DNA of 64,000 nucleotides. Source: Candidatus Rokuibacteriota bacterium. GTDB lineage: Bacteria > Methylomirabilota > Methylomirabilia > Rokubacteriales > CSP1-6. Below, piece by piece: positions 20,192-32,422 of this stretch. Location of the stretch: assembly GCA_016184125.1 (NCBI GenBank), contig JACPDG010000057.1, positions 11,485 through 75,484 on the forward strand, given 5' to 3'. The notes beneath the pieces were generated by a model, which was not told the DNA's origin, did not search any database, and worked only from the letters and a program-made list of their open reading frames with translations. The translations under genes and the position numbers were made by a program. Positions within the stretch are counted from its first letter, which is position 1. The number at the start of each line of letters is the position of its first letter.

Positions 20192-22143
20192 AGGACCTCA
20201 AGAAGACCGTGATCATCGAGCACGTGGAACCCACGGTGGACGGCGGCCGCTACCCCGCGAAGCGCGAGGTCGGATGCGTCGTCGAGGTCACCGCGGACAT
20301 CTTCAAGGAGGGCCACGACAAGCTCCTCGCGTGGCTCAAGTACCGCCGCGCCGACGCGAGCGCCTGGGACGAGACCCCCATGCGTTTCGTCGACAACGAC
20401 CGCTGGGCCGGCCGGTTCAAGCTGACGCAGAACACGCGGTACGTGTTCACGATCGAGGCGGTCATCGACGTGTTCGGCTCCTGGCTCGCCGACCTCGAGA
20501 AGCGGCTCGCCGCCCGCCAGCCGGACCTCTCGAGCGAGCTGATCGAAGGCGCGGCCCTCGTCCGCGATGCGCTCCTCCGGGCGCGTGACGAGGACCGCGC
20601 GCGCCTCGAAGCGTACGCGGGCCGCATCGCCGCCACGGCGGACCAGCCGGCCGCCGCGGAGGCGGCGCTCGACCCCGCGCTCACCGTGCTGATGGAGGCG
20701 GCCGTGGACCGGACGGACGCCACGTGGTGCGACCGCGAGTTCGAGATCGTCGCGGACCGCGCGCGCGCGCGCTTCGCCGCCTGGTACGAGTTCTTCCCGC
20801 GCTCGGGGCAGGTTCCCGGGAAGCATGGCACGTTCCGGGACGCCGAGTTCCAGCTTCGCCGCGCCGCCTCCATGGGCTTCGACGTCGTGTACCTGCCACC
20901 GATCCACCCCGTCGGGCGGCGATTCCGCAAGGGCCGCAACAACGCGCTCGAGGCGCAGCCGGACGATCCCGGGAGCGTCTGGGCGATCGGGAGCGAGGAA
21001 GGCGGTCACGCCGCCGTCCATCCGGAGCTCGGGACCATCGAGGACTTCGATGCCTTCGTCGCCACGGCGCGCAGCCTGGGGCTCGAGGTCGCGCTCGACT
21101 TCACCATCCAGGCCTCGCCGGATCACCCGTGGGTCCGAGAGCACCCCGAGTGGTTCTTCCACCGCCCGGACGGCACGATCAAGTACGCCGAGAACCCGCC
21201 GAAGAAATACCAGGACGTGTACCCGCTCAACTTCAGCGGCCGCGACCCGGAGCCGCTCTGGCGGGAGATGCGGCGAGTCCTCGAGTTCTGGATCTCGCAC
21301 GGGGTCAAGAGCTTCCGCGTCGACAACCCGCACACCAAGCCCGTCCGGTTCTGGGAGTGGCTGATCCGGGACATCCAGACCGAGCACCCGGACGTGATCT
21401 TCCTGTCGGAAGCGTTCACGCGGCCGAAGATGATGAAGGTCCTCGCCAAGGCCGGGTTCACGCAGTCGTACACGTACTTCACGTGGCGCAACGAGAAGCA
21501 GGAGCTCATCGACTACTTCACCGAGATCACGTCCCCGCCGGTGAGCGATTACTTCCGCGGCAGCCTCTGGCCGAACACGCCGGACATCCTGCACGAGACC
21601 CTCCAGCGCGGCGGCCGTCCCGCGTTCAAGATGCGGCTCGTGCTCGCCGCCACCCTGTCCTCGCTCTACGGCATCTACTCCGGGTACGAGCTCTGCGAGA
21701 ACGTCCCGCGCGAGCCCGGCTCCGAGGAATACCTGAACTCCGAGAAGTACGAGCTCAAGACCCGGAACTGGCGGGAGCCGGGCAACCTGGTGCAGTTCAT
21801 CACCCGCGTCAACGCGATTCGCCGCGAGCACCCGGCGCTGCAGTGTTACAGCAACCTTCGCTTCTATCCGTCGCTGAGCCCGTCGGTGCTGTGGTACGGC
21901 AAGATGACGCCGGACCGGGACGACGTCGTGCTCGTGGCGGCGAGCCTCGACGTCAGCCAGACGCAGGAGACGCTGGTCGAGGTGCCGCTCGACGAGCTCG
22001 CGATGAGCGAGCACGAGCCGTACCTGATGCATGAGCTGCTGAGCGACAGCACGTGGGAGTGGCGCGGACGCCGCGGCTACGTGAAGCTCGACCCGCACGT
22101 GGACTCCACGCAGATCTTCGCCCTGCGCCGCCTGCGGGGATGA
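20188..22143 (+). CDS. glgE: Alpha-1,4-glucan:maltose-1-phosphate maltosyltransferase
   Basis: [36 protein letters not shown] and SEKYELK. Confidence 0.95.
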   Translation: MKDLKKTVIIEHVEPTVDGGRYPAKREVGCVVEVTADIFKEGHDKLLAWLKYRRADASAWDETPMRFVDNDRWAGRFKLTQNTRYVFTIEAVIDVFGSWLADLEKRLAARQPDLSSELIEGAALVRDALLRARDEDRARLEAYAGRIAATADQPAAAEAALDPALTVLMEAAVDRTDATWCDREFEIVADRARARFAAWYEFFPRSGQVPGKHGTFRDAEFQLRRAASMGFDVVYLPPIHPVGRRFRKGRNNALEAQPDDPGSVWAIGSEEGGHAAVHPELGTIEDFDAFVATARSLGLEVALDFTIQASPDHPWVREHPEWFFHRPDGTIKYAENPPKKYQDVYPLNFSGRDPEPLWREMRRVLEFWISHGVKSFRVDNPHTKPVRFWEWLIRDIQTEHPDVIFLSEAFTRPKMMKVLAKAGFTQSYTYFTWRNEKQELIDYFTEITSPPVSDYFRGSLWPNTPDILHETLQRGGRPAFKMRLVLAATLSSLYGIYSGYELCENVPREPGSEEYLNSEKYELKTRNWREPGNLVQFITRVNAIRREHPALQCYSNLRFYPSLSPSVLWYGKMTPDRDDVVLVAASLDVSQTQETLVEVPLDELAMSEHEPYLMHELLSDSTWEWRGRRGYVKLDPHVDSTQIFALRRLRG

Positions 22144-22207
22144 CGGGGCGACTCCGCACCTCGGCTCCTCCACGCACCCCCGGTGCGGGCGCGCGACACC
22201 CGGGACC

Positions 22208-23878
<1,671 letters not shown>

Positions 23879-24230
23879 CATCACGGGGGGACTATCGATG
23901 CCCCCCAAACCCCCCACGCTCGGAGCGCCCCGGCAAAGCCGTGGCGCTCCTCGACCACCGGATTCCTCCACGGACTCTGACATCATGGGGGGCCCCGACT
24001 TGGCCCCCCAACCCCCCCCACGCTCGGCGGCGGCCCGGGGAACCCGGCCCGCCCCTCGGGAATACGATCCGGCCACGGGCTCTGACATCATGGGGGGACT
24101 ACCGATGCCCCCCAAGCCCCCCGCACTCGGAGCCGTCCCGGGGGGTGCGCGGATGCACCCGTGGGGTGCGCGGACGCACCCGGGGAACCCGGGACGGCCC
24201 TCGACCACCGATGCCGTTCACGGGCTCTGA
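23879..24230 (+). repeat. Three tandem family-A repeat units (102, 105 and 145 bp), each ending in TGA
   Basis: CATCA(T/C)GGGGGG...CCCCCCAA...CACGG(A/G)CTCTGA repeated; TGA at 23876, 23978, 24083 and 24228. Confidence 0.9.
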
Positions 24231-25623
24231 CGCGCTCGCCGCCTGGATCGCCGCACAGCGGTGGTTCGCCGGCAAGACGCGCCGCATCAGCGGGCTCGTC
24301 GTCGAGGACCGGGTGCCGGTCGCGGACGCGAGCGTCCTCGTGGTCGCGGTCGCGCTCGACGACGCGACCACGCAGCGGTACGCCGTGCCGCTCCGCGACG
24401 GACAGGCCATCGCCGACGCGCTCGACGAGGCGAGTTACGGTCGCGCGCTGCTCGACCTGATCGGGCGGGCCGATCGTGCGGCCGGTGAGTCAGGGGAGAT
24501 CGCCGGGCAGCCGACGCGAGCCTTCCCGCGGGATCTGCCTCCCGCCCCATCGGTGCGGCGGCTCGCCGGCGAGCAGAGCAACACCTCGATCGTGCTCGGC
24601 GAGCGTCTCATGCTGAAGCATTTCCGCCGCCTCGTGCCCGGACGCAATCCCGACGAGGAGATCGGCCGCTTCCTGACGGAGCGGACGTCGTTCACGCACG
24701 TCCCGCGGCTCGCCGGGCACCTCGAGTACCGCCGTGGCGCGGAGCGCTCCACGCTGGCCGTGCTGCACGAGCTCGCGACCGGCGCGGAGGACGGGTGGCG
24801 CTGGGTGCTCGACGAGCTGCGCGCCATGTACTCTGGGGTGGCGCCGGCGGCCGGCGAGCCGGACGACGTCGAGCGGCAGGCCGGTCCGACGCTCGACGCG
24901 CTTCGCCAGCTCGGCGCGGTCACCGCCGAGATGCACCTCGCCCTCGCGGGAGGCGTCGCGGATCCCGCGTTCTCACCGGAGCCGATCACGCCGACCGACG
25001 TGGCCGGCTGGTCGCGCGCCGTCGAGCGCCAGCTCGACGAGGCGTCGGGGGTCCTGGAGTCGAGCGGCGCGGCGGATGAGGCGTCCCGGGGAACGCTCGC
25101 GGTCCTGCGCGGCGAGCGTGCCCTGCTCTCCGCGGGGCTGATGGAGCTCGTGGGGCGCACGAAGATCCGCCACCACGGCGACTATCATCTGGGGCAGACG
25201 CTGTACCGGCCGCGCGAGCGGGAGTGGCTCGTGATCGACTTCGAGGGCGAGCCGCTGCGCCCGCTGGCCGAGCGCCGCGCGAAGCACGCGGCGCTCCGCG
25301 ACGTCGCCGGCATGCTGCGCTCGCTCGACTACGCCGCGGTGACCGCGATGCCGGCCGGCCTGGACGTCTGGGCGCGTGCGTGGGAGCGCGCCGCGTCAGC
25401 CGCGTTCGCCGCCGGGTACCGCGAGCGTGCCGCCGGCGCCCCGTTCCTGCCGGTGTCGCCGACGGCGTTCACGTCGGCGGTGGCCGTGTTCCTCGTGGAG
25501 AAGGCCGCGTACGAGGTCGTGTACGAGGCGGCTCACCGGCCCGCGTGGTTGCCGATCCCGCTCGGCGGGCTCACGCGGGCGCTCGCCGCGCTCACTGGCC
25601 GCCCTCGGGCTGGGGCGGCGTGA
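24211..25623 (+). CDS. Maltokinase (Pep2/Mak-like)
   Basis: QRWFAGK, EQSNTS, HGDYHLGQ, IDFEGEP and RDVAGMLRSLDYA. Confidence 0.88.
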   Translation: MPFTGSDALAAWIAAQRWFAGKTRRISGLVVEDRVPVADASVLVVAVALDDATTQRYAVPLRDGQAIADALDEASYGRALLDLIGRADRAAGESGEIAGQPTRAFPRDLPPAPSVRRLAGEQSNTSIVLGERLMLKHFRRLVPGRNPDEEIGRFLTERTSFTHVPRLAGHLEYRRGAERSTLAVLHELATGAEDGWRWVLDELRAMYSGVAPAAGEPDDVERQAGPTLDALRQLGAVTAEMHLALAGGVADPAFSPEPITPTDVAGWSRAVERQLDEASGVLESSGAADEASRGTLAVLRGERALLSAGLMELVGRTKIRHHGDYHLGQTLYRPREREWLVIDFEGEPLRPLAERRAKHAALRDVAGMLRSLDYAAVTAMPAGLDVWARAWERAASAAFAAGYRERAAGAPFLPVSPTAFTSAVAVFLVEKAAYEVVYEAAHRPAWLPIPLGGLTRALAALTGRPRAGAA

Positions 25624-26104
25624 ACGTCATCCGGAGGGCGAGCCAGCCCTCCTTGTCGAACTCGACGAGCAGCCCCGACCGGTAGAAGAAGACCGGCGTC
25701 TCGTGGTCCTTGCCCGCACGCGTCGGCACGCCCCATCCGATCACGATGGTGTTGCGCGTGAAGATGCCGGGGTTCGGCTCGAGCCGCATGATTCGCACGA
25801 CGTCCGGCTGATAGCCGGCCGCCGCGAGGAGGCCGAACTCGAACGTGAGCCGGCGGATGCCTGGCGGCGCGCGGTCGCCTTCGTAGACCCACTGCGTCGC
25901 GTCGTAGCTCTCGATCTTCAGGGCCTCGGAACGGGTCGGCTCGCCCCACCGCGCGCGGACCACCTCGATCGTGCTCTCGCCCGGAACGATCGCCCCCCAC
26001 TCCGCCGCGTGGGCAGGTCGAGGCGCAACGACCGCGACCAGGACGACGACGGACACGAGCAGCGCGGCGGACAGGACAACACGGTGACGCACGGTCCTCA
26101 TCAT
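25592..26104 (-). CDS. Hypothetical secreted protein
   Basis: Signal peptide ending AHA-AEW followed by an ordinary globular sequence. Confidence 0.7.
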   Translation of the reverse strand: MMRTVRHRVVLSAALLVSVVVLVAVVAPRPAHAAEWGAIVPGESTIEVVRARWGEPTRSEALKIESYDATQWVYEGDRAPPGIRRLTFEFGLLAAAGYQPDVVRIMRLEPNPGIFTRNTIVIGWGVPTRAGKDHETPVFFYRSGLLVEFDKEGWLALRMTFTPPQPEGGQ

Positions 26105-26180
26105 GCCACGCTCCGGCCCAGAACATTTCAATGAACCCGGCGCGGGACGATCTGAACCGGATGCGCGCTAGAATCCCCTC

Positions 26181-26666
26181 ATGGCGACGGTCCGCGCCCG
26201 CTACCGCTTCACGGTCGACCACTTCCACCGCATGGCGGCCGCCGGCGTCTTCACCGAGGACGACCGCGTGGAACTGCTGGAGGGAGAGATCACCGTGATG
26301 AGCCCGATCGGCGACCGCCATGTCGCCTGCGTCGACTTCCTCAACGATCGTTTCGGCGAGGCCCTCCGCGTCCGCGCGCTCGTCCGCGTGCAGAGCCCGG
26401 TGCGGCTCGGTCCCCACAGCGCGCCCCAGCCCGACATCGCACTGCTGCGCCGGTCAGCCGACTACTACCGCGCCGTCCCTGCCACGCCACGAGACGTCTT
26501 CCTCGTCATCGAGGTCGCGGACGCTGACGTGGACTATCCCGACATGGCTGGGCCGGAAACTGATCCGCTTCCTCGGCTCCCTGGCCGTCGAAGCCGGGGG
26601 CCGTCGGCCGTCCAGAGCCCGATCGACACGATGCTCGGCGGCTCAGGCTTCGCGGGTCCTGCGTGA
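26181..26666 (+). pseudogene. Uma2-family (DUF820) endonuclease, C-terminally truncated at ~26540
   Basis: RVELLEGEI, MSPIGDRH, PQPDIALL and LVIEVAD are present, but the expected K..LYA..GI.EYW segment is absent. Confidence 0.7.
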
Positions 26667-26757
26667 CGCACCGAGATAAGCCGACGGGATAGGCTGACGG
26701 GATAGGCGGCGACGAGCTGCTTGCGAACACCCCGCCCTCAGCAGAATGAAAGCCTGA

Positions 26758-27243
26758 GTGATGGCGAGTCCCTACAGCGCACCGCGCCTCTGGGCGTACT
26801 TCCAGAAGCTCGAAGGCCGGCCGATGTTTCTCATGCTTCGAAGTCAATGGGAGACGGTCAAGATCCGGCTTGGCGAGCGTGTGCCTATCGAGATCTCGAC
26901 CACACCAATGGCGCGGCTTCTGACAGCGGCCGATATTGCGGCGGCGGTCGCGGAGCGGAAATCAGAGTACGAGGCGACGATCGCCATCTACCGTCGGGAC
27001 CCGAAGGATGCTGCCCACGCCGCGCCGATTAACGTGGACCGCTACCTCGTGTGGGAACGCATGCCCGATCATCGGGATTTGTTCGCCATGGTGAACGCCG
27101 CATCAACATCCGACAATGCCAATCTGCAGGGCTTCCTGGCGGACCACGTGTTTCTCGTGAAGGAAGGGTCTGGCGATGATCACTGGCTCCCGGCGGTCCC
27201 GATCGAGATCCGAGCTGTCATCGCGAAACGGAACCTGCGATGA
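26758..27243 (+). CDS. Hypothetical protein (integron cassette gene)
   Basis: 161-aa ORF of lower GC whose stop lies 5 bp before an attC. Confidence 0.7.
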   Translation: MMASPYSAPRLWAYFQKLEGRPMFLMLRSQWETVKIRLGERVPIEISTTPMARLLTAADIAAAVAERKSEYEATIAIYRRDPKDAAHAAPINVDRYLVWERMPDHRDLFAMVNAASTSDNANLQGFLADHVFLVKEGSGDDHWLPAVPIEIRAVIAKRNLR

Positions 27244-27248
27244 GGGCC

Positions 27249-27321
27249 GCAGAACTTCGCGGTACAGCGGACCGGCGGGCTCGCGTTGCTCGCCCCCCGG
27301 CCGCTGACCGCGGCGTTGGGC
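27249..27321 (+). mobile_element. attC site 1
   Basis: GCAGAAC...CGCGGTACAGCGG...CCGCTGACCGCG...GTTGGGC; imperfect palindrome with a bulged base. Confidence 0.8.
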
Positions 27322-27386
27322 AGCTTCTGCAAAGGCGAGGCGTCGGTGTCAACGTCGTATACTCGTGATACGGAGGCGATGCGCGC

Positions 27387-27596
27387 TTGATCACGTTCAA
27401 GGTCGAGATTGAACGAGAGGACGACGGCCGCTGGCTGGCGGAGGTCGTCGAACTGCCCGGTGTCCTCGTGTACGGCGAAACGCAGGAGGTGGCTCTGTCA
27501 AGGGTTCAGGCGCTTGCTCTCCGAGTCATTGCCGAGCGTCTGGAGCACGGCGAGGCTGAACCTGAACTGCTGAGCATCTCCTTCAACGCGGCGTGA
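27387..27596 (+). CDS. hicB: HicB-family antitoxin
   Basis: EREDDGRWLAEVVELPGVLVYGETQE. Confidence 0.85.
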   Translation: MITFKVEIEREDDGRWLAEVVELPGVLVYGETQEVALSRVQALALRVIAERLEHGEAEPELLSISFNAA

Positions 27597-27805
27597 GCGC
27601 CTGGCCGAGCAGCCGCGCTCGCCGGGTGCTGGCGGCGCTCCTGAGGATTGGCTGGGTGGTCAAGCGGCAATCCGGTTCCCACCGAACGTTATCCCGCACG
27701 GGATGGGCAGACGTCGTGTTCGCCTTCCACGACGACGAGGAGATCGGGCCCCGCATGCTGGCCCGGATCGCGAAGCGCACTGGTTTGCGACCCGAGGACC
27801 TGTGA
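27593..27805 (+). CDS. hicA: HicA-family mRNA interferase toxin
   Basis: GWVVKRQSGSHRTL...FAFHDDEEIG; 4-bp overlap with hicB. Confidence 0.88.
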   Translation: MSAWPSSRARRVLAALLRIGWVVKRQSGSHRTLSRTGWADVVFAFHDDEEIGPRMLARIAKRTGLRPEDL

Positions 27806-27817
27806 GCGCCCAACACT

Positions 27818-27875
27818 GCCGAACTACAGGATTCACCCCGCGGCCTTCGGGCGCGGGTGATCCTGGACGTTAGAT
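27818..27875 (+). mobile_element. attC site 2
   Basis: GCCGAAC-TA-CAGGATTCAC...GTGATCCTG-GAC-GTTAGAT. Confidence 0.8.
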
Positions 27876-28301
27876 GGCGGGGACAATGCTCGTGCCTTTG
27901 AGATCTGTCTTCTCGACGAGGCAGGCATCCTTCGTAACCGTCGGTTCGCTAGACGGCGCTGTCCGCCGCCTGGCCGCGGTCGTCAAACGAAGTGTCTGGC
28001 AGGAGTGGGCTTCGCCGCGTTGGCCATCTTTGTCGTCTTCTTCGCCGCATCGACAGTCTTTGGCGGCGTCCTCGTGACTTCAACGCGGCCGTTCGCTCAG
28101 AAGGTTGGCGCGGGCATGTTCATCGGCGCATTGATGAACGCAAGCGCTCTGGCCCTGTGGCGGTCCACGCAGCCCTTGACTGAGGAGGACATCTCGTTGG
28201 TGTCGGCGGGGATTCAGAAGGCGCTCGACACCCCGTCTAACAAGCCGTTCCACCTGCCGCCGGCCCTCGCTCCCTGCGGTCGCTCGGTCCGCCGCAGGTG
28301 A
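27874..28301 (+). pseudogene. Cassette gene, membrane protein split into two overlapping frames
   Basis: ORFs 27874-28077 and 28005-28301; the second has two TM segments and reads into attC3. Confidence 0.45.
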
Positions 28302-28316
28302 ACGGCAGCGTTCGGC
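28235..28316 (+). mobile_element. attC site 3
   Basis: GTCTAAC-AA-GCCGTTCCACCTGC...GCAGGTGAACGGC-AGC-GTTCGGC. Confidence 0.88.
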
Positions 28317-28336
28317 GCACCAAGCGGCGTGTCGAC

Positions 28337-28406
28337 CGCTGACTTCCGGCTTCGGCCGACCGCGGCTCTGTGCAACCGCCGCGGGTGCTCACCGCGAGCG
28401 TTGAGC
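28337..28406 (+). mobile_element. Degenerate attC-like site
   Basis: CGCTGAC...CCGACCGCGG...CCGCCGCGG...GTTGAGC; pairing is poor. Confidence 0.4.
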
Positions 28407-28442
28407 GTCGGGTCGAGCAAGGGCAATGAGGGTAATGATCGA

Positions 28443-28763
28443 ATGGCGAACACGTGGATCACCGACATGAGGCACTATCTCGATGGCTCCGGAGCCTTGG
28501 TCGAGATGCCCGGGCCCGCTCTGAGCTTGGCGCTGTTCCTCGGAGCGATCGTGGCCTGGGTGACAAGCGGCCGGGCCGCTGGGGACGGACGGACCAACGT
28601 GCCCTGTCGTCGGAGCCCGGGTCGCAGCAGGTGCCCCGGCGAGATCGAAGCTTCGCTGGCATCGGACGGCGCGACGATCTCATGGCGCTGTCCGGTCTGC
28701 GGAGATAACGGCCTGACGCGAGGATGGGAGGGGACGCGTTGGGATCGGCGAGGAACCGGCTGA
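28443..28763 (+). CDS. Hypothetical protein with a putative Zn-binding motif (cassette-like)
   Basis: WITDMRHYLD...PCRRSPGRSRCPG...WRCPVCGDNG..RGW. Confidence 0.7.
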   Translation: MANTWITDMRHYLDGSGALVEMPGPALSLALFLGAIVAWVTSGRAAGDGRTNVPCRRSPGRSRCPGEIEASLASDGATISWRCPVCGDNGLTRGWEGTRWDRRGTG

Positions 28764-28794
28764 CGTTCGGCGGGAGAACCCGATTCGATCGGGG

Positions 28795-30393
28795 CTAATA
28801 CCCGAGCGCCGCCCCGTCGCCGCGGGGATCGGCGCCACCCATGAGCGTCCCGTCACGCACGACGACTCCATGCGCGTGGCCGGCCCGGTGGAAGAAGTCC
28901 GGCCCGGGCTTGACGCGGTGACCGCGGCGCTCGAGCGACGCCAGCACCCGGCGTCCAACGCGCCGCTCGACGTGCACGGTGTCCGCCGGCTCGCCGGCGG
29001 AGAGCGAGCCGACGACGAACCGCGGGCGCTCGATGGCCTCCTGGATGTCGACGCCGTAGTCGAGGACGTTCGGCAGGACCTGCAGGTGGAACATCGCCTG
29101 GCCGTGGCCGCCCATCGTCGCGAACGCCATCACCGGGCGCGCGTCGCGGGTGACGATCGAGGCCGTCAGCGTGTGGAACGGCCGCTTGCGGGGTGCGAGG
29201 GCGGTCGGGTGCGACGCGTCCAGCGAGAAGTGGCGGCCACGGTTGTGCAGCAGCACGCCCGTGCCGGGAGGCACGACGCCGGAGCCCCACGCGTTGTAGA
29301 GGCTCTGGATGACGGCGACCACGTCGCCGCGACCGTCGGCGACGACGAAGCCGGTCGTGTCGCCCTCGGGATCGCCCCAGGTGTACGGCTGCGCCTTCGC
29401 GGGATCGTAGAGGGCCCGGCGCCGCCCTGCGTAGTCCTTCGAGAGCAGCGCGTCGACGGGGACGCGCACGTGCGCCGGGTCGCCGATCCAGCGGTCGCGG
29501 TCGGCGTAGGCGAGCTTCGCCATCTCGATCAGGACGTGCAGGTGCTCCGTGGAGCCGAGCCGCCGGCGGGCGACGGGAACGCCCTCGAGCAGGTTGAGCG
29601 CCAGCAGCGCCGCGAGCCCTTGCGTCGGCGGCGGCGTCTGGTAGACCGTGGCCCCTCGATACGTCGTGTGGATCGGCTCGCTCCACTCGCCCGTGTGCGC
29701 GGCCAGGTCGTCGGCCGTGAGGAAGCCGTCCGCCTCCATGCGCCGCGCGATCGCCTCCGCGATCCGCCCGCGATAGAAGAGGTCGGGTCCCTCCACGCCG
29801 AGGCCTTCGAGCGTCCGCGCGAGATCGGCCTGCACCAGGAGCTCGCCTGGCGCCGCAGGACGCCCTCCGGGCGAGAAGATCCGCCGCCATTCGGGATCGG
29901 TGATCGCCGGCGTCCACTCGGCGGCCGCCTGGCTGACGAGCGAGGTGGACGGGAAGCCGTGCTCCGCGTAGTGGATGGCGGGACGCAGCAGGTTTGAGAG
30001 CGGGCGCGAGCCGAAGCGCTCGAGGAGCATCGCCCATCCACGGACGCAGCCGGGAACGCTGACGGTCGCAGGCCCGAGGGTCGGCAGCTGGGTGTAGCCG
30101 CGACGCGCGGCCTCGCCGAACGTCGCGCGCGTCCCCGAGCGTCCGCTTCCGTTCAGGCAGTGAACCCGGCGCGTGGCCGCCTCGTAGTAGAGGCAGAACA
30201 GGTCGCCGCCCGCACCGCAGCAGTAGGGCTGCGTGACGGCGAGCACGGCGTTCGTCGCGACGGCGGCATCCGCGGCCGTACCGCCGGCCTTGAGCGTCCC
30301 GACGCCCGCCAGGGTGGCGAGAGGGTGCGCCGATGCGACGAGGCCTTCGCGTCCCATCGCGACCGGCCGGTGCGAGTATCCGATGTTCGGCAC
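28795..30393 (-). CDS. ggt: Gamma-glutamyltransferase family protein
   Basis: GDTT autoproteolysis site, IQSLY, LHNRG, RPFHTL and GGADPRGDG. Confidence 0.92.
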   Translation of the reverse strand: MPNIGYSHRPVAMGREGLVASAHPLATLAGVGTLKAGGTAADAAVATNAVLAVTQPYCCGAGGDLFCLYYEAATRRVHCLNGSGRSGTRATFGEAARRGYTQLPTLGPATVSVPGCVRGWAMLLERFGSRPLSNLLRPAIHYAEHGFPSTSLVSQAAAEWTPAITDPEWRRIFSPGGRPAAPGELLVQADLARTLEGLGVEGPDLFYRGRIAEAIARRMEADGFLTADDLAAHTGEWSEPIHTTYRGATVYQTPPPTQGLAALLALNLLEGVPVARRRLGSTEHLHVLIEMAKLAYADRDRWIGDPAHVRVPVDALLSKDYAGRRRALYDPAKAQPYTWGDPEGDTTGFVVADGRGDVVAVIQSLYNAWGSGVVPPGTGVLLHNRGRHFSLDASHPTALAPRKRPFHTLTASIVTRDARPVMAFATMGGHGQAMFHLQVLPNVLDYGVDIQEAIERPRFVVGSLSAGEPADTVHVERRVGRRVLASLERRGHRVKPGPDFFHRAGHAHGVVVRDGTLMGGADPRGDGAALGY

Positions 30394-30406
30394 GTGCCCC
30401 TCCGCG

Positions 30407-31429
30407 TCAGCTGGCGTTCGAGAAGAGCTTCGCGACCTCGTCCTGAGGGAAGACCGGCATCGGCGCCGGGCCGTGGCCGTCGACGAGCGTCACGCCCTGG
30501 CCTCGCGGCACCACCTCGCCGATCGCGTGGCAGGCGATGCCGTCTCGCGCGAGCGCATCGATCACGACCGGAGCATCGACCCGCGCGACCGTCATGAGCA
30601 GCGCGCCCGAGGCGATCGTGCCGAGCGGGTCGAGCCCGAGCGCGCGGCACAGCTCGGCGCCCTCCGGCAGCACCGCGATGCAGGCCCGCTCGATCCTGAG
30701 CCCGACGTCCGCCGCGTCGGCGAGCTCCACCAGCGCGGTCGCGAGACCGCCCTCGGTCGGGTCGTGCATCGCGTGCACGCGCGCGACGTCGCACGCGAGC
30801 GCGGCCTCCGGCAGCACGCTGAGCCCCGGCGTCCGCAGCAGGCCCTTCGCGCGCGCCACCACGGACGGCGCGACGCCACGCGCGAGAAGCTCGGGCTCCT
30901 TCTCCCGGGCGATCAGGGCCGCGCCCTCGATCGGGATCCCCTTGGTGAGGAGCACGACATCCCCGACCTCGGCACCGCCCGTCGTGACGAGCCGGTCGCG
31001 CGCGACCTCGCCGAGCATCGTCCCGACGACCACCGGCCGATCGAGCCCGTACGTGATCTCGGTGTGCCCACCGACCAGGGCGACGTCGAGATCGTCGCAC
31101 GCGGCCGTGAGCTCCTCGAACAGCGCGGCGACGGACTCACCGGTCGTGCGGCCTTCCGGGAGCAGGAGCGTGGCGAGAAACCATCGAGGGCGTGCTCCAC
31201 GGACGCCGATGTCGTTGGCGTTCACCTGCAGGGCGTACCAGCCGAGCTCGTCGGTCGCGAACGTGATCGGGTCGGACGTCGCGACGAGGCACCGGTCGCC
31301 GAGGTCGATGACCGCCGCATCCTCGCCGACCCTGGGACCGACGATGACACGAGGGTCCCTGACGGGATGTCGGTCGAAGATCGCCTGGAGGGCGTCGGCG
31401 CGAAGCTTCCCGACGGGGAGGAACGGCAT
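30407..31429 (-). CDS. AIR synthase / HypE-related protein
   Basis: GEDAAV, SDPITF, NANDI, GGHTE and MHDPTEGG. Confidence 0.88.
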   Translation of the reverse strand: MPFLPVGKLRADALQAIFDRHPVRDPRVIVGPRVGEDAAVIDLGDRCLVATSDPITFATDELGWYALQVNANDIGVRGARPRWFLATLLLPEGRTTGESVAALFEELTAACDDLDVALVGGHTEITYGLDRPVVVGTMLGEVARDRLVTTGGAEVGDVVLLTKGIPIEGAALIAREKEPELLARGVAPSVVARAKGLLRTPGLSVLPEAALACDVARVHAMHDPTEGGLATALVELADAADVGLRIERACIAVLPEGAELCRALGLDPLGTIASGALLMTVARVDAPVVIDALARDGIACHAIGEVVPRGQGVTLVDGHGPAPMPVFPQDEVAKLFSNAS

Positions 31430-31561
31430 GCCGGCCGAGTATACAACCGCCACCCGTTCAGGCGGATCGCCGCGTGCGACCGTCGGGGCGTCGCGACAAC
31501 GCCCTCGCGTGCCGCTTCGCCCTCGCGCGCTGCTTGGCGCGTGGCGCTTGGCGTCGCGACG

Positions 31562-32383
31562 TCAGGGCGTCGACGGAGACACCACGGGAGCGATCGACAG
31601 CGTGGGGAGCGAGCCGAGCCCCGACGCCGGCGTGTCGATGGACACGCCGTTCGACGTCACGAACGTGGTCGTCGTGGACACGGTCACCGCGCCCGAGCCC
31701 GTCAGCGGTGTGGTCGTGGAGCCCGTCACCGGCGTCGTCGAGGACCCTGTGAGGGGCGCGGTCGCCGCCGTCGCGGGCAGCGGGACTGGCAAAGGCGCCG
31801 GCACGTCGATGCGCGGCGCGCCGGGCGTGACGTCGTTCCCGACGACGAGCGATTGCGGCGCCGACGCCGGCACGGTGAAGCCGTTCCTCACCGTGTTGCG
31901 ATCCGTGAGCGTGAGTCCGGGTACCGTCGTGAGTCCGTTCGTCGCGGTCGGCGAAGTCAGCTGAACACCCGTGGCCGGGATCCCGCCCGGCAGGACGCCA
32001 CCGGGCAACGTCACCACCCCCAGCGCGCCCGGAACCGTCGCGGTCGGAGGCACGCCGAGGCCGTTGACCGTCACGGTGGTCTGGGTCACGATGCCGGGTG
32101 CGGTGTTGGCGGGCACGCTGATGCCAGGTGCCGTCGTCCCTCCGGGTACCGTCACAGCGGGCGCTGTCCCGGATGCCAGGCCAACGGCGCCAGTGATCGC
32201 CGCCCCCGCCGGCGTGCCGCCGGAAACCGGCGGTCCGATCAGCCCCACCGCCGGAGCGGAGGGTGCACCGGTGCCGACCGCCCCGGGAGCGACCTGCGCA
32301 GCGACGTGGGGCACGACCGCGCCGACGAGCACGACGGCCCCTGCGAGCGCCACGGTACGCTTCACGATTCGCGTTCTTACCAT
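31562..32383 (-). CDS. Secreted low-complexity Pro/Thr/Gly/Val-rich protein
   Basis: GGAGG RBS, signal peptide MVRTRIVKRTVALAGAVVLVGAVVPHVAA-Q, and a nearly charge-free mature region. Confidence 0.65.
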   Translation of the reverse strand: MVRTRIVKRTVALAGAVVLVGAVVPHVAAQVAPGAVGTGAPSAPAVGLIGPPVSGGTPAGAAITGAVGLASGTAPAVTVPGGTTAPGISVPANTAPGIVTQTTVTVNGLGVPPTATVPGALGVVTLPGGVLPGGIPATGVQLTSPTATNGLTTVPGLTLTDRNTVRNGFTVPASAPQSLVVGNDVTPGAPRIDVPAPLPVPLPATAATAPLTGSSTTPVTGSTTTPLTGSGAVTVSTTTTFVTSNGVSIDTPASGLGSLPTLSIAPVVSPSTP

Positions 32384-32422
32384 GGGTTCCTCCAACTGGC
32401 CTTGTCGCTGGGGTTGACTGGA

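Noticed and set aside
23879-24230. CRISPR array
   Set aside because: Units are 102-145 bp, the internal parts are homologous rather than unique spacers, copies are dispersed through the window, and there are no cas genes.
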